A DNA stretch of 64,000 bases from the NCBI GenBank assembly GCA_965198225.1, contig CBDAOY010000005.1:192001-256000 (forward strand). Reading direction: 5' to 3'. Below, one piece after another: positions 39,656 through 50,398 of the stretch (the first letter of the stretch is position 1; every line of letters begins with the position of its first letter). The notes beneath the pieces were generated by a model. It was given only the letters and a program-made list of their open reading frames with translations. It ran no database searches and was not told the origin of the DNA. This DNA comes from Terriglobia bacterium. GTDB lineage: Bacteria > Acidobacteriota > Terriglobia > 20CM-2-55-15. Both the position numbers and the translations under genes were made by a program.

Positions 39656-40521
39656 TCACCTCTTCTCCACATCCCGGTGGATCACCTTGATTCGGACCGC
39701 CGAATCCGCAAGAGCCTCTGCGATCGAGTTGACCATCATCACCGAGCGGTGGCGCCCCCCCGTACAGCCTATTGCGATCGTCAGGTACGCCTTGCCTTCC
39801 CTGTCGAACTCCGGCAGCAGGAAATCAGCATCGATTGAAGGCGTACGAGAAAGTCCATCGCGACTCTATGCGAGCGGATGTACTTGATGACGGGTTCGTC
39901 AGATCCCGTAAGCTGCTTCAACTCTGGCACGAAATACGGATTCGGAAGAAAGCGAACGTCGAAAACCAGATCCGAATCGACCGGAATCCCGTGCTTATAC
40001 CCGAAGCTGACCAGGCTCAACAGCAGACCTGCGGACTCCTGCTCATCGAACAGGCGATCAGTGTACTTCCGCAGGTCGTGGATCGAGAAATGGGAGGTGT
40101 CGACGATATGATCCGACATTTCCCGGATGGGGCGCAGCCGCTCCCTCTCCATCTGGATCGCTTCCCGTACAGGCCGTGTCGAATCGAGAGGATGGGGCCG
40201 CCGGGTCTCGCTGAAACGCCGGATCAGCGCGTCGTCGGAAGCTTCGAGAAAATAGAGCGACGCATCAAGGCTGTGCGCTTCCTTGAGCTCCTCAAATAGC
40301 CGGGGGAACTCGCCCAGAGCTGCACCCTCCCGCACGTCCACGACCAGCGCGGCGCGGCGGAAGTTTCCCTCGGCCTTCACCACCAGCTCGGAGAACTTGC
40401 CCAACAGCCCCACCGGCAGGTTGTCGACGCAGAAATAACCCCGATCTTCCAGCGCGCGAAGGAAGGTTCCTTTGCCGGAGCCGCTGGGACCTGTGATGAC
40501 GATGAGAGGTGAGGCTTTCAT
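39656..40521 (-). pseudogene. rapZ: RNase adapter RapZ/YvcJ with a 1-nt frameshift near 39827
   Basis: ITGPSGSGKG, CVDNLP and FDVRFLPNP. After QSML the conserved DFLLPEF.REGKAYLTIAIGCTGGRHRSV...HRD continues in another frame to TGA at 39656. Confidence 0.9.
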
Positions 40522-40565
40522 GGCGATGGTCGCCGAAGCCCGGTTGAGATAATCTTCGCTGCCGG

Positions 40566-41108
40566 CTATTGCTCCGGTTCAATCCAGCCGATGTTGCCGT
40601 CCTTGCGCTTGTAGACGACGTTCAGACGATCGGTCTTTGAGTTTCTGAAAGCGAGAAAACCGTGGCCGGAACCACTGATTCGCGTCGCCGCTTCGTCGAT
40701 GCTGAGCGGCTTCACCTCGGCACCGTCCGTTCGGATTACTTCAGGAATCTGTTCGGCAAGCTCAGGTTCGATCTCGGTCACAGAATCCGCCGCGATGACT
40801 CGGGGACTCACCGCGTGACGTCGGCGATCAACATAACGCTTCTTTGACTTGAGGACCTGCTTCTCCATCTTGTCCAGGGCCGAGGCAATGGACGTGTACA
40901 TATCGGTGGACTCGTCCGTGGAATTATGAAAACCGTTTCGCGTCTTGAGGTTAACCTCCGCGATATGCCGCTGATGTTTCTCTGCGGTAAGGATGAAGTG
41001 AACTTCTATCATTTCGTCGACGGCCGGCAGCCGATCCAGCCGATCGAGAGCAAACTTCCGGATGGGCTCGGTAACGTCGATGTGACGCCCTGTAAACTCC
41101 ACTCTCAC
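40566..41108 (-). CDS. hpf: Ribosome hibernation promoting factor (long HPF)
   Basis: EFTGRHIDVTE, DMYTSI and C-terminal KPLSIDEA...NVVYKRKDGNIGWIEP. Confidence 0.93.
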   Translation of the reverse strand: MRVEFTGRHIDVTEPIRKFALDRLDRLPAVDEMIEVHFILTAEKHQRHIAEVNLKTRNGFHNSTDESTDMYTSIASALDKMEKQVLKSKKRYVDRRRHAVSPRVIAADSVTEIEPELAEQIPEVIRTDGAEVKPLSIDEAATRISGSGHGFLAFRNSKTDRLNVVYKRKDGNIGWIEPEQ

Positions 41109-41214
41109 GAGAGTACCTCCATGTTTGTGGGCCCTCTGTGTTCAGCTTTCGGCTCCAGACGACCCTCTCGTTCCACGGGGGCTGAGAGCTGAACGCTGAC
41201 AGCCGATCGCTTCT

Positions 41215-42762
41215 TCACAGCCTTTCCCGACGCTGGTGCGTGCTGGGAATCTTCAGGTCTTCGCGGTACTTGGTGATACTGCGGCGAGTGACCGAAATGC
41301 CATCGTCTTTCAGCAGAGTGGCAACCTTCTCGTCGGTCAAAGGCTTACGTGGATCTTCGTTGTCGATCAGACGTTTGACCTTCAGTTTGACAAGAGTCAG
41401 CGAGGTTCCGCCGTAGGTTCCGCTGACAGCTTCGGAGAAGAAGAATCGCAGCTCGTGGACGCCCTGGGGAGTGTGGGCAAACTTGTTTGCGACTGCACGG
41501 CTGACCGTAGAGGGATGAACGCCGACCTCTTCGGCAACTTCCTTGATCATCATCGGCTTGAGCGCGTCGATCCCCACGTCCAGGAACGGCGTCTGTCGGC
41601 GGATGATCGCTTCGCAGACCTTGACGATGATGTTCTTCCGCTGCTCGATATTCTTCAGCAACTGAACGGCCGACTTGAAGCAGTCCTTGACGTAGTTGCG
41701 AACTTCTTTGGTTGCTTTGCCCTTCTCCAGCATCCGGCGGTAGGTCTGGCTCAGCCGGAGTTGAGGCACTTCGTCTTCATTGGTTACGACGGTGTACTGA
41801 TCACCCACCTTCACGATAAACACGTCGGGTTCGATGTGGCGGGCCGCGAGCTGGTTGTACTTCTGCCCAGGGCGGGGATCCAGATGCTTGATGATCTCGA
41901 CGGCCCCGAGCACCTCGGGCAACGGACAGCGCAATGCCTTGGCGATCTCCTTGTACTGCCGGTTCTGCAGCTTGCGAAGATGGTCGGTCACGATCTCCAT
42001 CGAGATGGGGCTGTCCTCCTCGAGCAAGGCAAGTTGTATCAGAAGACATTCACGCAGGTCACGCGCGGCAACGCCCTGGGGATCGAAACCCTGGACCGTC
42101 AGCAAAGCGCTCTCGACAACCCCCATTGAATGGCCGCCCGAGGAGGCAATCTCATCCAGCGAGAGCGGGATCTCCCGGTCCTTGTCGCTGACCGCCGCAA
42201 GGTAGCCATCGGCGTTGAGGTTACCGATGATGGAACGACAGGCTTCCCGAATCTCCTCGTCCATTATGACCATACCGAGTTGCCATTCGAGGTGGTCGGT
42301 CAGGTTGGACGGCCGGGCGAGGAAGTTCTCGAAAGAAGGCTTCTCGAACACCTCGGTTTCACGCGGACGCGATGCGCCGTCGTTCAGGTACTTTTCGAAC
42401 TCCTGCAGGTCGAAGTCACGAAACTCATCCTCCTCGGCGGGCGGATCCGGTTCGGGTTTCTCGGGGGTCGGTTCGTCGTTCTCTCCGCTGCGCTGATTGA
42501 GCAGCTCGTACGCCTCGTCTGTCCGGTCGGCTTCCGTCCCCTCCGACTCTGCGTCCGCAGGCTTCTGGTCGGTTTCTTCCTCGGCCGATTCGACAATTTC
42601 GGTGGCCTCCTCGAGCACGGGGTTCTCGACGAGTTCGGCAGAGATCATGTCCTGTAGTTCGAGCTTGTTCAGGGCCAGGAGGCTGACCATCTGGACGAGA
42701 CCCGGGGTCAGTACCGTTTTCTGGGTGGGCTTGATGACAAGCCTGTGCTCTAAGAATGCCAT
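41215..42762 (-). CDS. rpoN: RNA polymerase sigma-54 factor
   Basis: GVAARDLRECL, HPSTVSRAV and RpoN box variant TRRSITKYRE. Confidence 0.96.
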   Translation of the reverse strand: MAFLEHRLVIKPTQKTVLTPGLVQMVSLLALNKLELQDMISAELVENPVLEEATEIVESAEEETDQKPADAESEGTEADRTDEAYELLNQRSGENDEPTPEKPEPDPPAEEDEFRDFDLQEFEKYLNDGASRPRETEVFEKPSFENFLARPSNLTDHLEWQLGMVIMDEEIREACRSIIGNLNADGYLAAVSDKDREIPLSLDEIASSGGHSMGVVESALLTVQGFDPQGVAARDLRECLLIQLALLEEDSPISMEIVTDHLRKLQNRQYKEIAKALRCPLPEVLGAVEIIKHLDPRPGQKYNQLAARHIEPDVFIVKVGDQYTVVTNEDEVPQLRLSQTYRRMLEKGKATKEVRNYVKDCFKSAVQLLKNIEQRKNIIVKVCEAIIRRQTPFLDVGIDALKPMMIKEVAEEVGVHPSTVSRAVANKFAHTPQGVHELRFFFSEAVSGTYGGTSLTLVKLKVKRLIDNEDPRKPLTDEKVATLLKDDGISVTRRSITKYREDLKIPSTHQRRERL

Positions 42763-42794
42763 GTTCAGCGCGGACCGAATCCCCTGAGGTTCAT

Positions 42795-42810
42795 AGCAAG
42801 AACCCTACCA
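42795..42810 (-). promoter_or_regulatory. Sigma-54 -24/-12 motif upstream of rpoN
   Basis: The minus strand reads TGGTAGGGTTCTTGCT (GG-N10-GC), ending 33 nt before the rpoN ATG. Confidence 0.65.
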
Positions 42811-42846
42811 AATCCCCGAAGGGACGCAAGAAATGCATATGCAAAT

Positions 42847-43572
42847 CTAATTTAGACTAAAACGCTCGCCGAGATAAACCCTTTTGACTTCCTCGTCGGC
42901 ACTGAGCTCGCGGGGCGTCCCGGACCTGAATATGACCCCTTCGTTGATGATATAGGCTCGGTCGGTAACCTGGAGAGTCTCCCGAACGTTGTGGTCGGTG
43001 ATGAGAATCCCGATCTGGCGATCCTTCAGATGCTGGATGATCTTCTGAATCTCGAGCACGGTGATCGGGTCGATTCCCGAAAACGGCTCATCCAGGAGGA
43101 TGAACTTCGGCGAGATGACGAGCGAGCGTGCGATCTCGACCCGCCTTCGCTCTCCGCCCGAGAGGGTGTCGGCGAGACTCCTGCGGACGTGGCCGATCCC
43201 GAATTCGTCAAGGAGCGTCTCCAGGCGTTCCCGACGCTCCTGCCGGGAGAGGGGAAGCGTCTCGAGAATCGCCATGATGTTCGCCTCGACACTCAGCTTG
43301 CGAAAGACGGAAGCTTCCTGCGGCAGGTAGCTGATGCCGTTGCGCGCCCTCAGGTACATCGGTAGTTCGGTGATGTTGCTCTGATCGAGGAGAACGGATC
43401 CCGAATCGGGCCGTGTGAGCCCGACGATCATATAAAACGTCGTCGTCTTGCCGGCTCCGTTGGGACCCAACAGGCCGACAACCTCACCCTGGGAGACCTT
43501 CAGGTCGACATCGCGGACGACCCTACGGTTCTTATAGGTCTTACCTACCCCGACTGTTTCCAGAACCGCCAT
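42847..43572 (-). CDS. lptB: LPS export ABC transporter ATPase
   Basis: [43 protein letters not shown] and [10 protein letters not shown]. Confidence 0.96.
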   Translation of the reverse strand: MAVLETVGVGKTYKNRRVVRDVDLKVSQGEVVGLLGPNGAGKTTTFYMIVGLTRPDSGSVLLDQSNITELPMYLRARNGISYLPQEASVFRKLSVEANIMAILETLPLSRQERRERLETLLDEFGIGHVRRSLADTLSGGERRRVEIARSLVISPKFILLDEPFSGIDPITVLEIQKIIQHLKDRQIGILITDHNVRETLQVTDRAYIINEGVIFRSGTPRELSADEEVKRVYLGERFSLN

Positions 43573-43582
43573 AACTGAAAGC

Positions 43583-45622
43583 CTATCGCGGGCCGACCAA
43601 CCGGCGCGAAACGACACGACTGCCGTCTTCGCCGTTCACGACGACTCCGTTGTCCTCGATGTTCATCACCAGCTTCCGTCCCTGCACGGCGGTCGTCGAG
43701 TCGGAAACTTCGGCCTCCCGTCCATACAGCGTGATTGTCTGCGCGGCCTCGCTGTAGATCGCCTCGTCGGCCTTGACGCCAAAACCACGCCCGGTGATGA
43801 TGACATCCTCCTTCGCCACGATCCGGCGAGGTTCTCCGCCTTCGAGCGTTGCCTCAAGATCATCCGCACTCAGTGTCATGTCGTCGGATCGGACACGCAC
43901 GTTGCCGACATAGTGCACGACACCAGTCGGATCGGCAAACTCGAGCCTGTCGGATCGCGCGCGGAGTTCTTCGACAGTGGAGTCGATCTCGCCCACTGCG
44001 ATAAAGCGCCGTTCCCGGGGGAAAATCTCGATCGCTTGTGCGCGAACGTGAATCCGCTCGCGCCATAACTCGGCGGTATCGGAGTACACGATCTTCTCTC
44101 CGTCGCCTTCCGCCTTCCCGCCGACGATGAGAGTCGGGTCCGCCGGGTCGAGCGAAACGGTCCGCGCGTCGCCCACGGCTGTGAAAAACTGTTTCGTCTG
44201 ATCGAGAGTGATCGTGTCGGCCTCGACACGAAAACGCTCGTCGGAAACCACGGGCCGGCCCTGGAGGACAATTCTGTCGCCGGCGGAGGACACTTCGGCG
44301 CGGCCTGCAGTCCCCCTGCGGCCTCCCTGGTCGAAGCGGATGTCGCCGGTCTGGACCAGCTCGATCAACCCCCCGCCCTCCGGATCGAACGCCGCGGTGG
44401 TCCTGTCCCCTGTCGAGCGGCCCGAGGCGGTTTCCAGGGTTGCCCGTCGGTCGGTCCGGAACCGAACCAAACCCGACCGCTCGATCTCAAAGTCGCGGCC
44501 CCGGAGTCGCGCATCTCCGAGGCGCAGAAACGAATCCTCCGAAGTCGACACGGCGTTCCCAACGTCGAGGCCGAACGCCCCGGAAAACTGGTTGCGAATC
44601 CGCGCGGATCGAAGCTCCTCTTCCGGCCCGAATACCATACGGGCGCTGCCGGTCGCCTCAAGGGCTCCGATGCGTCCCGCTCCGTCGAAAAAGCCGTCGA
44701 TCCGGTCACCGAACAGGGACTGCGGATCGTTTTCCTCGCCCGAGTGCAGCGCCGCCGTCCCACGAGCGGACATACTCTGAGCAGCACCTTCCGGCGACAG
44801 CGTCATGTGCAGCGCGGCGGCATCCAGAATCCAGTCTCGCCCGGGATCGAAGGATTCCGCGTGCACCTTGCCAGAGACAGTCAGTGCGCTCGGGCGAAAA
44901 GTTGCGTCTACCAGCTCCGCACTTGCTTCCTCGCCAAGTAGCCGCCCTCCCGCGGATAGGATCTCGACTCCTCCGGAAACCTGGGCCCAACCATCGCGCT
45001 GGTGAAACCGGGCACTGGCAGTCTGGAGTGTGGAACCATCCTCGAGCGTGATCTTAACAGAGCCATCCAGGACAACCATACTGTCCGGGATAAGGAACCT
45101 CAGGCTGTCGGCCCGACCTTCGAACTGCCCGGGGCGCGTCACGAGGACGGGTTGGCGAGACTCTATCGTGCGGGCTCGGTGGTTGTAGATCAGTTCGGCG
45201 GTACGCCCGACGGTGTTCTCATCCAGATGGAGTTCGACATTGCCCTCGAAGCGGATGTCGTCGGTCTCTGCGTCGTAACCGCATTCATCGCTCTGGATTC
45301 GACGCTCCGGGTCGCCCGCCTCTCCGAAGATGGTCACCGTCACGTCCTGGAGCAGGTTCCGACCGTCGGTAAATCCCAGGTTCGTCCGCGCTTCGATCGT
45401 GAACGAGATGCGCTCTCCGTCCGTCCGCGACAGCTTGAAGCCCTCGGTCAATGCCGACATGTTCTCCACGAGTCTTGGCAGGGGCTCTTCGAAGACAGGA
45501 TCTTCGGCAGGCCGATCCCAGTAGTTCCAGACCGGCACCGCGATCAACGCCACGACGATGACAGGAATGACGAATCGGAGTGCGCGAATCAGGTGATGGG
45601 TGTAGATCTTCTCCAGGCGCAT
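43583..45622 (-). CDS. Large LptC/LptA (OstA-like) multi-beta-jellyroll LPS transport protein
   Basis: N-terminal TM anchor followed by repeated beta-rich OstA-like segments; directly upstream of lptB. Confidence 0.8.
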   Translation of the reverse strand: MRLEKIYTHHLIRALRFVIPVIVVALIAVPVWNYWDRPAEDPVFEEPLPRLVENMSALTEGFKLSRTDGERISFTIEARTNLGFTDGRNLLQDVTVTIFGEAGDPERRIQSDECGYDAETDDIRFEGNVELHLDENTVGRTAELIYNHRARTIESRQPVLVTRPGQFEGRADSLRFLIPDSMVVLDGSVKITLEDGSTLQTASARFHQRDGWAQVSGGVEILSAGGRLLGEEASAELVDATFRPSALTVSGKVHAESFDPGRDWILDAAALHMTLSPEGAAQSMSARGTAALHSGEENDPQSLFGDRIDGFFDGAGRIGALEATGSARMVFGPEEELRSARIRNQFSGAFGLDVGNAVSTSEDSFLRLGDARLRGRDFEIERSGLVRFRTDRRATLETASGRSTGDRTTAAFDPEGGGLIELVQTGDIRFDQGGRRGTAGRAEVSSAGDRIVLQGRPVVSDERFRVEADTITLDQTKQFFTAVGDARTVSLDPADPTLIVGGKAEGDGEKIVYSDTAELWRERIHVRAQAIEIFPRERRFIAVGEIDSTVEELRARSDRLEFADPTGVVHYVGNVRVRSDDMTLSADDLEATLEGGEPRRIVAKEDVIITGRGFGVKADEAIYSEAAQTITLYGREAEVSDSTTAVQGRKLVMNIEDNGVVVNGEDGSRVVSRRLVGPR

Positions 45623-45783
45623 CCCCTTGATCGTACCACGGCGGTCCGGAGCCGGAAGGCTCCGGACCGCCGAGTAGTCAGTCAGTTGTCAGTTGTCGGA
45701 AAGCCAACCGGAGATTGGGCCTAGGCTTGCGAATTTGGCCGCGAAGAGAACTGTTTGGATGGTTCTTCCGGAAACTTCGTGTC

Positions 45784-46030
45784 CTATCGCAAATCGCGAT
45801 ATTTGAACAATCCGCATTGGTTGTTCATTGGACATTGCTTTATTTCAAATCGAAGGAGGCGCCGTGCTGAGCATGAAGTGCGCATGAGTGCCTACACCGG
45901 CTCTCTCGGAAAACCGTAAACTCTGCTGGATCATCACCGCATCCGTCAACACCGCTCGAAGCTCCGATCAATGACAAATCGAGCGATCTGCAACCCCCAA
46001 TCTCGAATGCGGATTTGTCCATTGACCATG
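45784..46030. repeat. AT-rich short-period repeat region; inverted copy at 53873-53910
   Basis: cctatcgcaaatcgcgatatttgaa (~45784) is the exact reverse complement of ttcaaatatcgcgatttgcgatagg (~53886-53910). Confidence 0.65.
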
Positions 46031-46257
46031 CGATAGATTCCTTCTTCCCCCCCCGAAACCCATTCAAAAACCGGAATTCCCATTTTGATAGACATTCTTC
46101 GTGACCTTCGTGTCTTCGTGTTGAAAAAAAATCGCTCCGATCCGCTGAAACGGTCGCTTGGAAGATAGGCTGGAACGGGTTGTATTCCCCTCTTTTTAGA
46201 GGGATAATTCCGCCCTTCCAGCAGAAATCCGTCTGGTCGCAGACAAGGAGTATGGTT

Positions 46258-46752
46258 ATGAATCGCCGGGTAAGCATCACGATAAACGGCACCAAACATG
46301 AGCGGGAGATCGAGCCGAGGGTCCTGCTCACTCATTTCATCCGTGACCTCGCTGGCCTGACCGGAACACACGTCGGCTGCGAAACCAGCATTTGCGGGGC
46401 CTGCACCGTGCTGGTGGATGGCATCGCCGTCAAGTCCTGCACCATGTTTGCGGTTCAGGTCGATGGTTCGGAAGTGGTGACGATCGAGGGAATGGCTCGA
46501 GACGGAAAGCTGCACCCGCTGCAGGAAAGTTTCTGGGAAAAGCACGGCCTGCAGTGCGGCTACTGCACGCCCGGCATGATCATGTGCAGTTATCAGTTCC
46601 TCGTGAACACTCCGTCTCCGACCGAGCAGGAAATACGCGATGCGCTGGACGGGAACCTCTGCAGGTGCACCGGCTATCAGAACATCGTCCGCGCGGTGGA
46701 ATCCGCTGGCGAAAAGATGCGGGAAGACCGAGCCGCAGCGGTCGGATCGTAG
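46258..46752 (+). CDS. coxS: 2Fe-2S small subunit of a CO dehydrogenase/xanthine oxidase-family enzyme
   Basis: [20 protein letters not shown] and GNLCRCTGY; AAGGAG RBS. Confidence 0.93.
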   Translation: MNRRVSITINGTKHEREIEPRVLLTHFIRDLAGLTGTHVGCETSICGACTVLVDGIAVKSCTMFAVQVDGSEVVTIEGMARDGKLHPLQESFWEKHGLQCGYCTPGMIMCSYQFLVNTPSPTEQEIRDALDGNLCRCTGYQNIVRAVESAGEKMREDRAAAVGS

Positions 46753-46761
46753 GAGGCAGGC

Positions 46762-49089
46762 ATGACGAATCGCTTTGTCGGTCAGGCAGTAAAACGAAAG
46801 GAAGACCCGCGGCTGGTTGCCGGGGCTTCGGCCTACGTCGACGACATCGTGCTGCCGGGTATGCTCTACGCAACGGTTGTGCGCAGCGTCCACGCTCACG
46901 CCCGCATCAAGAGCGTCGACGTGACGCGAGCACGGAGTATGCCGGGAGTCCACACGGTACTTACCGGGGAAGATACCAGGGACGCGCTCGGTTCCGTTCC
47001 GTGCGCGGGTCAACTCCCCGACCTGAAGGTCCCCAATCACCCCCCCCTGGCCGTCGACAAGGTTCGGTTTGTGGGGGAGCCGATTGCCCTGGTCGTTGCC
47101 GACGACCGCTACGTCGGAGCAGACGCCGCCGATGCGGTCGAGATCGACTACGAGCCCCTGCCGGCGGTCGTTGACCCGGAAAAAGCCATCGAAAGCGGCG
47201 CCACCGTACTCCATGAGGAATGGGACGACAACGTGGCGTTCCGGTTCGGCTTCGAGAACGGCAACACCGAGGAGGCCTTCGCCAGCGCCGAACATGTAAC
47301 GAAGCACCGCTTCATCAACCAACGCCTGGCGCCCATCTCGATGGAGACTCGTGGCGTCGTCGCCGATTTTCAGATGCCCGCGGAAGAGCTGGTCGTCTGG
47401 ACATCGACCCAGATCCCGCACCTGGTCAAGACACAGGTGGCGGTGATGCTGGGATTTCCTGAGAACCGCACACGGGTCATCGCGCCGGAAGTCGGAGGCG
47501 GATTCGGTTCGAAGCTCAATGTCTATGCCGAGGAAGCCCTGGTGGCCTACGCGGCTCAAAAGATAGAGAGGCCGGTCAAGTGGATCGAGTCGCGGCGTGA
47601 AAACATGGCGGCGACGATTCACGGGAGGGACCAGATCCAGGATGTCGAGCTGGCGCTCGAGAAGGATGGGACGATTCTCGGAATGAGGCTGGGAGTCGTC
47701 GCCGACCTGGGCGCATACCACCAACTCCTGACACCGATCATCCCGACGTTGACAGCACTGCTTGCCCCGGGCGCCTACGGGATTCCTGCTTTCAAGGTCG
47801 ACATGGTCGGCGCTTTCACGAACAAGATGTCGACCGACGCATATCGCGGAGCCGGCCGCCCGGAGTCCACCTACCTCATCGAACGGATCATGGATGTCGC
47901 AGCGATGGAGCTGGGGATGGACCCTGTCGAACTCCGGCGGAAGAACTTCCCTCAGCCCGATCAGTTCCCGTACCAGACCTCGGGCGGCGTGGTTTACGAC
48001 AGTGCCGACTACGAGAAGGCCCTGGACCGGGCGCTGGAGATCGCCGACTACGATGGACTCCGGGCCAAGCAGGCCGAGATGCGCAAAGAAGGGAAACACA
48101 TGGGCATCGGCATCTCGACATACGTCGAGATCTGCGCGATGGGTCCATCGACGGCAATGCCTGCCGGCGGGTGGGAAAGCGGGACCGTCCGCATCGAGCC
48201 GACCGGCAAGGTCACGGTCTTGACTGGCGCGTCGCCCCACGGACAGGGACAGGAAACATCCTTCGCGCAAATCGCAGCCGACGAATTCGGCATCGACATG
48301 GACGATGTGGTTGTCCTGCACGGAGACACCGGCCGCATCCCCTACGGCATCGGAACTTTCGGCAGCCGGGGCACGGCTGTCGGCGGCACCGCGATGTACC
48401 TGGCGATCCAGGATCTCAAGGAAAAGATGAAGAAGATCGCCGCCCATCAGCTAGGCTCCGAACCGGAAAAGATCGAGTTCGGCATCGGAACGCTGAGCGT
48501 CGCCGGAGAAGGCGACAAGTCAATCAGCTTCAACGATGTTGTCACCGCGGCCTACATCGCGCGGGATATTCCGCAAGGGGTAGAACCGGGTCTGGAAGCG
48601 ACGCGATTCTTCGAGCCGTCCAACTTCACGTTCCCGTTCGGGACTCATGTCTGTGTCGTCGAAATCGACGGCGAAACCGGTGAAATCGACCTTACCCGTT
48701 ACATCGCGGTCGATGACTGCGGGAAGGTCATCAACCCGCTTCTGGTCGAAGGTCAGCTTCACGGTGGAATCGTCCAGGGTGTCGCCCAGGCGCTTCATGA
48801 GGAAGTGGTTTACGACGACAACGGCCAGTTGGTGACAGGCAGCCTGATGGACTACGCGCTACCGCGCGCGCACGACATGCCGATGATCGAGATGGATCGA
48901 ACCGTGACACCGTCACCGGTTAACCCGTTGGGGGTCAAGGGTGTCGGCGAAGCGGGAACGATCGGCTCGACGCCCTGCGTCGTCAACGCCGTGGTCGACG
49001 CGCTGGCTCCGTTCGGGGTGAAACACATCGACATGCCGCTCCGGTCGGAAAAGATCTGGAAAATTCTGAAAGGAGGTAGTCCGTCATGA
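46762..49089 (+). CDS. coxL: Molybdopterin large subunit, form II CoxL-like
   Basis: GGGFGSK, active-site AYRGAGRPE (not the form I AYxCSFR), GQGQET, FGSRG and KGVGEAG. Confidence 0.9.
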   Translation: MTNRFVGQAVKRKEDPRLVAGASAYVDDIVLPGMLYATVVRSVHAHARIKSVDVTRARSMPGVHTVLTGEDTRDALGSVPCAGQLPDLKVPNHPPLAVDKVRFVGEPIALVVADDRYVGADAADAVEIDYEPLPAVVDPEKAIESGATVLHEEWDDNVAFRFGFENGNTEEAFASAEHVTKHRFINQRLAPISMETRGVVADFQMPAEELVVWTSTQIPHLVKTQVAVMLGFPENRTRVIAPEVGGGFGSKLNVYAEEALVAYAAQKIERPVKWIESRRENMAATIHGRDQIQDVELALEKDGTILGMRLGVVADLGAYHQLLTPIIPTLTALLAPGAYGIPAFKVDMVGAFTNKMSTDAYRGAGRPESTYLIERIMDVAAMELGMDPVELRRKNFPQPDQFPYQTSGGVVYDSADYEKALDRALEIADYDGLRAKQAEMRKEGKHMGIGISTYVEICAMGPSTAMPAGGWESGTVRIEPTGKVTVLTGASPHGQGQETSFAQIAADEFGIDMDDVVVLHGDTGRIPYGIGTFGSRGTAVGGTAMYLAIQDLKEKMKKIAAHQLGSEPEKIEFGIGTLSVAGEGDKSISFNDVVTAAYIARDIPQGVEPGLEATRFFEPSNFTFPFGTHVCVVEIDGETGEIDLTRYIAVDDCGKVINPLLVEGQLHGGIVQGVAQALHEEVVYDDNGQLVTGSLMDYALPRAHDMPMIEMDRTVTPSPVNPLGVKGVGEAGTIGSTPCVVNAVVDALAPFGVKHIDMPLRSEKIWKILKGGSPS

Positions 49090-49949
49090 TCCCGGAGAAT
49101 TTCGAATACCTGACTCCGGCTTCCTTGTCCGAAGCCGTCGGCCTGCTCGAAGAGCACGGTGACAGCGCGAAAGTGCTGGCCGGTGGGCACAGTCTGATCC
49201 CGATGATGAAACTGCGCCTGGCGGCGCCGACACGACTCATCGATATCGGGAAGATCTCCGAACTGGTTTTCATCAACGAGGACGACAGCACGCTCCGGAT
49301 CGGAACGCTGACGACGCACCATGCGATCGCGAACTCCGACGTCGTCAGGAACCACTGCCAGGCACTGGCCGAAGCAGCCGGACAGATCGGCGACATACAG
49401 GTACGCAATAAGGGCACGATCGGCGGGAGCCTGGCTCACGCCGACCCCGCCGCCGACTACCCGGCCGCTATTCTCTCTTCCGATGCCGCGATCGTCGCGG
49501 CGGGGCCGCAGGGTGATCGGGAGATCTCGGCGACGGACTTTTTCGTCGATATGCTGACAACCGCACTTGAGCCCGGAGAGATCATCCGGGAGATCCGAAT
49601 TCCGATACCACACGGTTCTAACGGCAGCGCCTACGTGAAGATGGCGCAGATGGCGTCGGGTTTCGCGATCTGTGGAGCGGCCGCACGGGTCGCCATCGAG
49701 AACGGCACGGTCTCCGCATTGTCGGTTGGCATCACCGGAGTCTCGGGCAGCGCCTATCGCGCGACCGGAACCGAAGACGCACTCCGGGGACAGAACGCCA
49801 CACCGGATGCGGTCAGCGCCGCCGCGGCCAAAGCGGCCGACGGCATCACGGCGCTGGACGACATCCATGCCTCGGCCGACTACCGGCTCGACTTGGCCCG
49901 CATCTTTGCCGCACGCGCGATCGGAGCCGCGATCGAACGCGCGGGATGA
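49086..49949 (+). CDS. coxM: FAD-binding medium subunit
   Basis: LAGGHSLIPMMKLRLA, QVRNKGTIGGSLAHADPAAD and DIHASADYR. Confidence 0.93.
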   Translation: MIPENFEYLTPASLSEAVGLLEEHGDSAKVLAGGHSLIPMMKLRLAAPTRLIDIGKISELVFINEDDSTLRIGTLTTHHAIANSDVVRNHCQALAEAAGQIGDIQVRNKGTIGGSLAHADPAADYPAAILSSDAAIVAAGPQGDREISATDFFVDMLTTALEPGEIIREIRIPIPHGSNGSAYVKMAQMASGFAICGAAARVAIENGTVSALSVGITGVSGSAYRATGTEDALRGQNATPDAVSAAAAKAADGITALDDIHASADYRLDLARIFAARAIGAAIERAG

Positions 49950-50386
49950 CGGTCGAAGGGACATTCTCCTTCCAGAACGCCTCACGGGATGCGGTCTGGG
50001 ATTCGTTGACGAATCCGGACCGCATCGCGGAATGCCTCCCCGGCTGCGACAAGCTCGAACAGATTGATGAACACGGCTACCGGATGAACATCGAAGTCGG
50101 GATTGGTGCGATTCGCAGTTCCTATAAGGGAACCGTCCACCTCAAGGACTTCAGCCCCCCTTCGGCGTACTCCCTCAAGGTCCGGGGCACGGGCAGCGCT
50201 GGCTTCATGGAGGGGGTGGGAAACATCCACGTTGATGAAGCGGGTGACGGAGTGCGGGTCCGCTATTCCGGAGACGTATCGGTCGGCGGAAAAATTGCCG
50301 CGTTAGGCCAACGCATGGTCGGCGGGGCCGCCCGGATGGTGATCGGCCAGTTTTTCAAGTGCGTGGCGAGCAATTTGGACGGATAG
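49946..50386 (+). CDS. coxG: CoxG (SRPBCC) accessory protein
   Basis: VWDSL.NP....CLPGC and VGGKIAALGQRM motifs; last gene of the SLM operon. Confidence 0.9.
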   Translation: MTVEGTFSFQNASRDAVWDSLTNPDRIAECLPGCDKLEQIDEHGYRMNIEVGIGAIRSSYKGTVHLKDFSPPSAYSLKVRGTGSAGFMEGVGNIHVDEAGDGVRVRYSGDVSVGGKIAALGQRMVGGAARMVIGQFFKCVASNLDG

Positions 50387-50398
50387 GGAAAATCTTCA

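Noticed and set aside
45946-48447. 833-aa minus-strand ORF, and similar long antisense ORFs (e.g. 23892-25373, 29176-30693, 10850-12010)
   Set aside because: These are shadow ORFs opposite well-supported genes, expected in high-GC DNA.
46762-49089. Bona fide (form I) aerobic CO dehydrogenase
   Set aside because: It lacks the AYxCSFR Cu-binding motif and has S-L-M gene order.
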